Origin: a virus
Virus record (IMG/VR): IMGVR_UViG_3300050139_000358
Location: 7,459-71,458 of that record
DNA: 64,000 bases
Reading direction: 5' to 3' (one strand)
The notes under the pieces were generated by a model. It had not been told where the DNA came from and did not search any database. It saw only the letters and a list, made by a program, of their open reading frames with translations. This document shows positions 56,562 to 64,000 of the stretch, piece by piece (position 1 is the first letter of the stretch; every line of letters starts with the position of its first letter). The position numbers were made by a program, and so were the translations under genes.

Positions 56562-58058
56562 ATGCTGACCAAATCAGATTTTCAGCAGGCAATTCGAGAT
56601 TCGATTTCAGCCTACCCGGCAATTGCCCCGCTCTATCAGGCCGGAGACCCACGCATCACGCAGCATCTTGACGCGATTGCGACAATGTTGGCGATGTTTT
56701 CAGCGCAGCTTGAAACCGCCATGGCGGAGCCGTTCGAGAAAACGCGAGACGCTACCATTCTGGCCGATGCGGCAATGCGCGGTATCGTGCGTAAGGCAAC
56801 TTCCGCGCGGGTTCGTATCAAGGCGGCCAATAAAGGAGCCTCAACCTTCCAGGTGGAGTCCGGGCGCGTAGTGCTAGATTCCGCCGGGCTTCCATACCGT
56901 ATTGAAACTTCCGCCTCAGTCATGGCTGGCGCCGAGTCAACATTCGAGGCCGTTCAGCTTCGCGCTGTCACGATCAGGCATATTGTGGCCGGTAGCATTC
57001 CGTTTTACGCCATCGAGATTCCGGTCGCAGAAGATGGCTCTTTCCTTTGCGGTATTGCCGTTCGCGATGCTGATGGAGAATTGGCTCACCGCGATCGGTA
57101 CGTCAACACCCTGGCAGATGAGCGCGTGTTCCATGTGGAGGCGGATGATTGCCAGCGCGTGTATGTGCGATTGGGTTTTGATGGGGTGGTCGGCATACAG
57201 CCAGCCGATGGAAAAGAAATCACCCTGTCGGTGTTCTACACGGCAGGCGCGGTAGGTATCGCATCCGGGAGCCCGTTCTCGTTTGAGTACCTTGGCTCCC
57301 CGGCTGATGCCGCAATCGAATTGACGATGGACGCCTTGCTACTGCCCGGTCAAAACCCGCCTGAAATGTCAGTTCTGCGAGACCTCGCGCGTTACCCATC
57401 GGTCTATGACCATAACGCGGTATTCCTCGGTGAGTTCGATTTTTTGGTTCGCCGAAACTTCCCCACATTACGCTTCCTGTCGGTATGGAATGAATCGGCA
57501 GAAGAGCAAGCGCGCGGCCCCAATTTGGACAATATCAACACCCTGTTCGTTGCCTGCTTGTCCAGTGCCGGAATTGAAAGCGTTCTGACTGAGAGCGACC
57601 CGAGTGTTCCTGTTCAGCCTGCTGTGATTGCGCAAGGATCGCTGACTGCAACACAGCTGGAAATACGTCAGGCAATACTTTCTGCCGACAACAGCTACAA
57701 GGTGCGTTTCGTAACGCCGGTTCGCTCGAAGATTGCAATGACGATCAGTGCCAGGGTTTCAACATCCTATATCGCCTCTGATGTTCAAGCGAAGATCATT
57801 GAGGCTATTCTGTCAGAATTTGGTGAGACAGCGGCGGCATCCAGACGTGGGCGTAGCCGTCCGCTCTATCAGCGCGTGTACGCCGTGTTGCGTGAACGTG
57901 TTGCGGCTCTTTCCTCGGGGAATGCGGATCTGACCGTCAATATCGTAGAGCCTGCATCGCTGCTGAATCGTCCAGAAATGTGGCGCTACGTTGCCGCCGA
58001 CAGCCTGGCTGTAACCATAGAATCGGTCAATATCGTTACTCCGTCCTGGGGTGGGTAG
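56562..58058 (+). CDS. Baseplate J-like protein (P1 BplA-like)
   Basis: About 500 aa, ATILADAAMRG, VYVRLG.DG..G.QP. Confidence 0.65.
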   Translation: MLTKSDFQQAIRDSISAYPAIAPLYQAGDPRITQHLDAIATMLAMFSAQLETAMAEPFEKTRDATILADAAMRGIVRKATSARVRIKAANKGASTFQVESGRVVLDSAGLPYRIETSASVMAGAESTFEAVQLRAVTIRHIVAGSIPFYAIEIPVAEDGSFLCGIAVRDADGELAHRDRYVNTLADERVFHVEADDCQRVYVRLGFDGVVGIQPADGKEITLSVFYTAGAVGIASGSPFSFEYLGSPADAAIELTMDALLLPGQNPPEMSVLRDLARYPSVYDHNAVFLGEFDFLVRRNFPTLRFLSVWNESAEEQARGPNLDNINTLFVACLSSAGIESVLTESDPSVPVQPAVIAQGSLTATQLEIRQAILSADNSYKVRFVTPVRSKIAMTISARVSTSYIASDVQAKIIEAILSEFGETAAASRRGRSRPLYQRVYAVLRERVAALSSGNADLTVNIVEPASLLNRPEMWRYVAADSLAVTIESVNIVTPSWGG

Positions 58059-58063
58059 CAGGC

Positions 58064-59353
58064 ATGGCTCTGGACTTCCAAAATGCCAAGCTCCCGCGAC
58101 TGCTGCCGCTTGAAGCGAGCTATGCAGAAAATGAGGTTGAGGCTGATCTAAAGCGTCTCTTCCTAGACCTGTTCAGCGCAAAACTCTCCGCTGATTCATT
58201 CGACGCAAATGTCCTTGGTGTTGCGCACCTCGGGTCGTTTGATCTGGTGCGCAAGGCCGTCAATATGGATGGCTTGGTTCTGTTGCAAGGAGATCGCGAG
58301 GAAGCGGCCACGCGCTATCTATACCGCGCATGGAATTCGAGAAATGTGCAGGGGCGCGGAATCCACTTTCTGCGCACCTATCTGCAAATGCTGTTCCCTA
58401 ATCTCTGCGAGGTTGAGCAGCTTTGGCAGGACAAGTCGCTTCCTTACCCGCAATCGCTCTGCGCGGTAAAGCCAAGGGTCAGTTACTGGCTATATGGGGT
58501 TGGCGAACCAGGACTGCGCCTCAATGGACTATGGAAAATTGGCGCGAGTAGGCCAATAGCGGATTATGGTGCGGCAGCAAGTCGAGTCCCGGACACGTCC
58601 GGAATGTTCCTTACCGGAAGAATAGACATTGCGCTGGATTTCAGCGTGAACGTGCGATCGATTGCCAGCCTGATGCATATCATCAGGTCGATCATCCCGG
58701 CGCGGCTATTGCCTATGTTCAGGTTCATGCTTAGCTACGAACTGTATGTCAAAGCACTGCTGTCAAGCCAGTTGCTGATGCAGAAAAACGCACGGGTTCG
58801 CTACCCGTGGTGCGGCAGGGTTATCACTGATTCGGATGATGCACGCTGGAAACTTGGCATTGATGGGGCGCCGGCCAAGCTGCCAAAACCATTCGGGTCA
58901 TTCAAGATCGGGAAGCTGCTAGGCGGGAAAACAGAATGGTGGCTGACCAACTGTCGAGCAACCAGCAGTGCCATGATGGAAAGCCATGCGGATGCGTGGG
59001 CATGGCGCACAGAGACTCTTCCGCCAGACGCAGCGCTGGAATATTTCATTGCGCCGCCACCTATGAAGCTGGCGGGAGCGGTGCGCCGCCTGGTATCGCC
59101 TACCGCAATCGGCGCATGGAAACTAGGAGCCGAAAACAAAATTAAAGATTTGTTGCCATTCAAACTGAACGGCAGCCGCGCTCTGCGCGCACGGAAAATG
59201 AGCATTTACCCACGTTTGGGTGGGTTCAAAATCACCGACTATAAACTTCCTGCTCTGTTACCGCCGCGCCCGTCGCGCCTTACGCTATCTGGTAGGTGGA
59301 AACTTGGCGGGGCGAGAAATCCGGGTTTTGAACTCAACGTCTTCAAGGTGTAA
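58064..59353 (+). CDS. Baseplate/tail protein (P1 gp16-like) with repeated GxWK(L/I)G motifs
   Basis: GRGIHFLRTYLQMLFP and position after the baseplate J-like gene. Confidence 0.55.
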   Translation: MALDFQNAKLPRLLPLEASYAENEVEADLKRLFLDLFSAKLSADSFDANVLGVAHLGSFDLVRKAVNMDGLVLLQGDREEAATRYLYRAWNSRNVQGRGIHFLRTYLQMLFPNLCEVEQLWQDKSLPYPQSLCAVKPRVSYWLYGVGEPGLRLNGLWKIGASRPIADYGAAASRVPDTSGMFLTGRIDIALDFSVNVRSIASLMHIIRSIIPARLLPMFRFMLSYELYVKALLSSQLLMQKNARVRYPWCGRVITDSDDARWKLGIDGAPAKLPKPFGSFKIGKLLGGKTEWWLTNCRATSSAMMESHADAWAWRTETLPPDAALEYFIAPPPMKLAGAVRRLVSPTAIGAWKLGAENKIKDLLPFKLNGSRALRARKMSIYPRLGGFKITDYKLPALLPPRPSRLTLSGRWKLGGARNPGFELNVFKV

Positions 59354-59358
59354 TTAGA

Positions 59359-59739
59359 ATGGCCGAAGCAGTCACTGTAAATGCATACCGTCAGCGCATT
59401 GCCACACGCATGGCTGGCGGGGCTACGTTGGCCCCCATCGCATATATGGCATTTGGGGATGGCGGCCACAACCCTGACATGACGCCGAAGCCGCCTTCTC
59501 AGGCTGCGACCGCTCTTTACCATGAGGTGATGCGCAAGCCTCTTGCGTCTATCACCCAGGATGACGTTTTCTCAGTAACCGGCAAGGGGATGGTTGAGGG
59601 GAGCGAAATGATTGGCATATCCGTATCGGAAGCCGCGCTGCTGGATGCGAATGGCAACCTTGTTGGAATTAAGACATTTGCCCCAAAGCACAAAGAATCC
59701 GATGAACGATACGAGATCAGTATCAAGCTGCGTTTCTAA
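59359..59739 (+). CDS. Tail-collar/fibre attachment protein
   Basis: I.YMAFGDGG...SEAALLDANGNLV.IKTF.PK.K. Confidence 0.7.
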   Translation: MAEAVTVNAYRQRIATRMAGGATLAPIAYMAFGDGGHNPDMTPKPPSQAATALYHEVMRKPLASITQDDVFSVTGKGMVEGSEMIGISVSEAALLDANGNLVGIKTFAPKHKESDERYEISIKLRF

Positions 59740-59753
59740 AAAGGAGTTGAAGA

Positions 59754-60746
59754 ATGGCACTGCCGCATACAAGCATTACCCCGATCCCAAGCAATGAGCC
59801 AGACGCCGTTCCTGCGCTGTGGAATACCCGCTACGCTGAAATCGACGCGAACTTTGTTAACCTCGATGGGAGGGCTGTTGCAGCTGAGAATGAAATAGTT
59901 GCTGCCCGTGGCGGTCAGCCCAGTATTGATGCGCGGCTTGACCTTGTTGAGGCAAACGTCTCCGGAACATCGGTTGACATGCAAAACATGGTTGGCGCAA
60001 CTCTGAAGTTTGCGCTCGATCAGGCCGCTCTTGCAAACGCCGGCGTCAAGTCTCTGCACAAAATTAGCCAGCAGCAGGGCGAATTCACGATGTACAACTA
60101 CGGAATCGTGTCTGGTGCGGCTGTATCCAAAAAAGGAACGAGCCGGCTTCTGTCCATTGCAGGCGGTGCATGTTATTTGGAGGGGCGTAAATATTACGTC
60201 CCAGCTCAAGATTCCGCATCCAGCGTGCCGGTTGGTGAGGCAGCCAGTGCGACAGTTTATGCATATCTGGAACTGGTCAGCGGGATCCCGACACTCAAGA
60301 TCACAACTGTCGCAAACCCAACGCCGCCATTTGGTACAGTGACGCTCAATAGCATCACTATCCCAGCGCTTGATTCAGGTGCTGACCTAGCGGCCTGTAC
60401 ATTGTCATCCCGCCTGTGTGCTACCGAATTGGATTACCCAAACTCGGTCGGAACCCCAGTTACCTACACAGTGCCGCTGGAAAACGTGTTGCCGGATACC
60501 AACTACACCATTGAGTTCGAGGTATTGAGCGCAGTGGGTTCGCCGTGCGACGAGCGCAGCCTAAAAGTGACGACGCGCAATACCAACAACTTCATCGTAA
60601 CGCTGTTTTCCGCCGCTGATGATGTGGTGGTGCGCTGGAAACTTTCGCGCCTCAATAGCGTTGGCGAACAGCCCAAGAATGATTGGCGTAGTCGTTTTGC
60701 GGCCAACCCAGCCAACGTGAACTACCCAACTAACCAAGCCTACTAA
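59754..60746 (+). CDS. Putative tail fibre protein
   Basis: N-terminal coiled coil, located between baseplate genes and the DGR target. Confidence 0.55.
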   Translation: MALPHTSITPIPSNEPDAVPALWNTRYAEIDANFVNLDGRAVAAENEIVAARGGQPSIDARLDLVEANVSGTSVDMQNMVGATLKFALDQAALANAGVKSLHKISQQQGEFTMYNYGIVSGAAVSKKGTSRLLSIAGGACYLEGRKYYVPAQDSASSVPVGEAASATVYAYLELVSGIPTLKITTVANPTPPFGTVTLNSITIPALDSGADLAACTLSSRLCATELDYPNSVGTPVTYTVPLENVLPDTNYTIEFEVLSAVGSPCDERSLKVTTRNTNNFIVTLFSAADDVVVRWKLSRLNSVGEQPKNDWRSRFAANPANVNYPTNQAY

Positions 60747-60757
60747 GGAGCTAAATA

Positions 60758-61090
60758 ATGGCACATATTACCCTGCAATCTCCCGGTCAGCCCATTGCTG
60801 ACTTCGCGGTATCTGGTGCAACGATCAGCATCGCTGGAACAGCGATAGATTGCGCAGCGCTGCAAGCGGACAGTCAAGTTCTGGTCAACGTTGCAAAAGA
60901 CAAGTCCGGTGCGGTCAAGCTCAATCCTAAGAATGGAGGCACCTGCCTTGCAATCATTCGTATCCCAGCGAAACAGTATCAGGATATTGAAGGTGAGCCA
61001 GATCCGCAGACCGGAAACCCAACTTTCGTGCGGACTGAAATCCCGCTCGACCCCAATGCCATCGCAGTAGAACTTTGGCCAACCGTTTAA
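60758..61090 (+). CDS. Hypothetical tail-associated protein
   Basis: AAGGAG RBS, upstream of the DGR target. Confidence 0.6.
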   Translation: MAHITLQSPGQPIADFAVSGATISIAGTAIDCAALQADSQVLVNVAKDKSGAVKLNPKNGGTCLAIIRIPAKQYQDIEGEPDPQTGNPTFVRTEIPLDPNAIAVELWPTV

Positions 61091-61109
61091 TCATTAGGAG
61101 ATCGCAGAC

Positions 61110-62175
61110 ATGCCAACAATTTTCATTAAAGACTCATTGCGCGCAAGCGTAGAAGCCGCATCCGGCGGTAAGCAGACCGTGCTGTACACGGGAAGCGGAC
61201 AGCCAACGTACATGAACGTCATTCCGCAATTCAATTTGCAGGATGTTGATGCAGGTGTGGGTAATGGCGTACATCCTGCCTTCATTGTAAATGGCATCAC
61301 CAAATCTGAAATTTTCATCGGCACCTATCAGGGCGTAGTCAAGAACGGCGAGTTGCTGAGTTTGCCAGGCGTTGACCCGACTGCATCCGCCAACTTCGAT
61401 ACATTTGTAGGTTATGCGCGCGCTTGTGGCGCTGGCTTTCACTGCATCACCAATGCGGAATGGGCAGCACTCGCGTTATGGTGCAAGAAAAATGGCTTCA
61501 TGCCGCGCGGCAATACTTACTACGGCCAAGATAATGCACAAACGCATGAGACTGGTCGTCGCCAAGACGGCCTCGCGCCCGGCAATACTTCCGGCACAGC
61601 GCGCACGCTAACCGGTTCCGGCCCAGCTTCGTGGCGTCATGACAATACCCCCAATGGTATTTCTGACCTGAATGGCAATATCTGGGAATGGACACCAGGA
61701 TTGCGAATTGTCCCTGCAGGCGCGGGCTTGGCAGAAATCCAGATCATCGCTAATAACGATGCGGCCCTGAATGCTACCGATCACAGCGCTACATCTGCAT
61801 CGTGGAAAGCGATTGATGGCTCTACCGGTGCACTGGTTACGCCAACATTCACAGGCTCTATCGCTGGTGCTGATTACGCTGCTACGACAGCAAACTCTGT
61901 GAAGATTGGCGCAACTAGCGCAGCCGCTTATACCATCGGTATTGCATCGGGCGCATCCATCGAAAACATGGTGAACAACCATGCTACGCCAGTCGGCGCG
62001 ACCGCATTGCAAGTGCTCAAGGCTCAGGGTGTATTCCCTGTTTCCGGCGCTGGCACCTTGGGCGGTGACGGAATTTGGCACACTCTCACGGGCGAAATGC
62101 TCCCGGTCCGTGGCGGCCATTGGGCGTTCGTACGTCAGCACGACCGTCGGCTCTCGCCCCGCTTTTGTACTCTGA
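61110..62175 (+). pseudogene. DGR target protein (CLec/FGE-sulfatase fold, Mtd-like), frameshifted in the VR as assembled
   Basis: HPAFIVNG, TNAEWAAL, GISDLNGNIWEW, RGGHW. The expected end GSRPAFVL* (TGA 62173-62175) is out of frame because of a 47-nt VR gap. Confidence 0.8.
62099..62163 (+). repeat. DGR variable repeat (VR), internally deleted
   Basis: Aligns to the TR with 6 mismatches, all at TR adenines, plus a 47-nt gap. Confidence 0.92.
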
Positions 62176-62197
62176 AATCTGTAGCGTGTAATCTGAA

Positions 62198-62219
62198 CGG
62201 GTGGGCGATAGCCCATCCG
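62198..62219 (+). other. DGR target-recognition hairpin
   Basis: CGGGTGGGC-GATA-GCCCATCCG just downstream of the VR/IMH. Confidence 0.75.
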
Positions 62220-62231
62220 ATGGAGTGTTGA

Positions 62232-62612
62232 ATGTCTCGTGGCCCGATGCGGAATGAAGAAGTGCCCAGAGTGGGTGATTTACTGATTCGGCAAAAGTGT
62301 GAAGCGATGATCGAGTATGGCCATGTTGCCATCCGGCAGTTCCCTAAAATGGAACGACATGTTCTGGGTGCAGAAATACGCACGACGATGTGGCAGATTC
62401 TTCGCCTGATCGTGGTGTGCAACAAGCGGTACCATAAGAAGACCACGCTACAGGATTTAGATGCCGAGATCGACTTGTTGCGCTCGCAAGTGCGCATGGC
62501 AAAGAATCTCGGTCATTTAGATTTCAAGAAGTACGAAAATTGGGCGCGGCTGAATGATGAAATTGGCCGTATGGTTGGTGGATGGGTAAAGTCGATTGCA
62601 GTAGAAGGGTAG
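62232..62612 (+). CDS. avd: DGR accessory variability determinant
   Basis: FPKMERHVLGAEIR...EIGRMVGGW. Lies between VR and TR. Confidence 0.9.
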   Translation: MSRGPMRNEEVPRVGDLLIRQKCEAMIEYGHVAIRQFPKMERHVLGAEIRTTMWQILRLIVVCNKRYHKKTTLQDLDAEIDLLRSQVRMAKNLGHLDFKKYENWARLNDEIGRMVGGWVKSIAVEG

Positions 62613-62632
62613 TAAGGGTTGTGCGTTAATAG

Positions 62633-62744
62633 GCTCCCGATCCGTGGCGGCAATTGGAACAACGCTGCGCTCGATGGGGTGTTCGCGCTGAACTTGAACA
62701 ATGCGCGTTCGAACGTCAACACGAACATCGGCTCTCGCCCCGCT
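62633..62744 (+). ncRNA. DGR template repeat (TR)
   Basis: 112 nt, AAC-rich (reads LPIRGGNWNNAALDGVFALNLNNARSNVNTNIGSRPA), matches the VR. Confidence 0.93.
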
Positions 62745-62911
62745 CTTGGGGAACGTCAGAAGCGGCAGGCTCATGTAGCCTGACGACAGTACACCCTCAA
62801 AAGGACGTGCAATCCTCGGTCACGGGCAACCCGAAGCCGAAACATTAAACAGGCGGCCCGTTCCAGTAGCCTACCAGCGACCGTTCGCAGCCGCCGCCTA
62901 ATTTTGGTGGT

Positions 62912-64000
62912 ATGGCAAAAACCTACAATAATCTGTACCCGGCAATCTATAGCTTCGAGAGTCTGCACGCTGCCTATCTGCGCGCTAGGAGAGGAAAGCG
63001 CACCCGTGCTGAGGTACAACGCTTCGAACTCGACCTTGAGGGCAATTTAATCCAACTCCATAATGAACTTGTTTTGGGAACATACAAGACTGGCAAGTAT
63101 CGCCAATTCATTGTGCCTGAGCCAAAAGAGCGGATTGTCGCTGCTTTGCCATTCCGTGATCGCGTTGTCCAACATGCTTTGGTATATGTACTTGACCCGA
63201 TCTGGGAGCGGCGATTTATTCCAGAGAGCTACGCTTGCCGTGTCGGTCGCGGCACACACAAAGGCGCTGATAAGGCGCAGGCCATGTTGCGCCAGGTAAA
63301 GCGCGAACATGGAAAAGTCTATGTGTTCAAGGCAGACATCGCCAAGTTTTTCTACAGCATCGATCACGCCGTTCTGAAAATGCTGGTGCGCAAGAGAATT
63401 TACTGCAAGCCAACTTTGGCATTGATAGACGCGATCATAGATTCAACTGTGAAAGCTGATTCCCATGTTGGGCTGCCTATTGGCAATTTGACCAGCCAGC
63501 TATTTGCCAACATCTACCTGCACGAACTGGATGAGTTCGTGAAGCATAGGTTGCGGGAAAAGAATTATTGCAGGTACATGGATGATTTCTGTATTGTCCA
63601 TCACGATAAAGAACACTTGCACTTGTTGCGCGCTAAGGTTGAGCTATTCCTGCGAGATCGCCTGCGCCTGAAAACAAATGCCAAAACGCAGGTATTCCCG
63701 GTTGGGATATTTCACGGCAGGGCGCTTGACTTCCTTGGGTACCGGATATGGACGACGCACCGCAAGCTACGCAAAAGCTCTATCCAGCGCATCACTAGAA
63801 CAATGAAGAAATTTCAGACCCAGTACGCAGCCGGCAAGGTAACGCTTCACCGGGTAAGGCAATCTCTGATCTCATGGCTTGGTCACGCGCAACATGCGGA
63901 AGCGCACGGATTAAAGATGAAGCTGCTAAACAGCTTTGTATTTAAGCGCAATCATGGTGGTGTAGAATGTGAAATGCAGACCACTAAACCCATTCTGTAA
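62912..64000 (+). CDS. DGR reverse transcriptase
   Basis: PFRDRVVQHA, KADIAKFF.SI.H, GLPIGNLTSQLFANIYL, RYMDDF, LDFLGY. Confidence 0.95.
   Translation: MAKTYNNLYPAIYSFESLHAAYLRARRGKRTRAEVQRFELDLEGNLIQLHNELVLGTYKTGKYRQFIVPEPKERIVAALPFRDRVVQHALVYVLDPIWERRFIPESYACRVGRGTHKGADKAQAMLRQVKREHGKVYVFKADIAKFFYSIDHAVLKMLVRKRIYCKPTLALIDAIIDSTVKADSHVGLPIGNLTSQLFANIYLHELDEFVKHRLREKNYCRYMDDFCIVHHDKEHLHLLRAKVELFLRDRLRLKTNAKTQVFPVGIFHGRALDFLGYRIWTTHRKLRKSSIQRITRTMKKFQTQYAAGKVTLHRVRQSLISWLGHAQHAEAHGLKMKLLNSFVFKRNHGGVECEMQTTKPIL

Larger units (their letters stand above)
1..64000. mobile_element. Temperate phage/prophage: lambdoid early region plus P1-like myovirus morphogenesis genes plus DGR
   Basis: Continuous phage genes across the window: cI/cro switch, recT, terminase, capsid, sheath, endolysin, portal, baseplate. 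No host housekeeping genes seen. Confidence 0.95.

Noticed and set aside
62912-64000. Group II intron or retron RT
   Set aside because: The GNLTSQ motif, adjacent avd and a TR/VR pair identify a DGR.
17073-64000. Idea that the DGR RT diversifies the array spacers
   Set aside because: No sequence similarity between the TR and the array, and no IMH-like element near the array.

Overview
The whole window is one temperate phage or prophage; both ends probably lie outside it and no integrase is visible. The left ~19 kb is a lambdoid early region: intein-containing C5 DNA methyltransferase, YqaJ exonuclease plus RecT, twin PL/PR promoters with shared operators, cI/cro/cII-like genes, O/P-like replication genes and nin-like genes. 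The right ~45 kb is a P1-like contractile-tail module: terminase, prohead protease, capsid, sheath, lysis cassette, an hdf-darA-darB-ulx-like antirestriction operon, portal, tape measure and baseplate. It ends in a diversity-generating retroelement (target gene, avd, TR, RT) whose variable repeat lacks 47 nt relative to the TR. The most striking element is at 17073-17483: six stem-enclosed 36-nt units (GGCCA-N9-TGATGCCCA-N9-TGCC) next to, and overlapping, a nuclease-less IS110/Nop-domain gene. This looks like a stem-loop TIGR-type guide array with a TasA-like effector, and the whole array is also covered by translationally coupled ORFs. A six-copy candidate late-promoter motif (GGAAAAC-N27/28-[-10 box]) and a candidate pac site were also seen. 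All homology calls come from motif recognition by eye, not from database searches.
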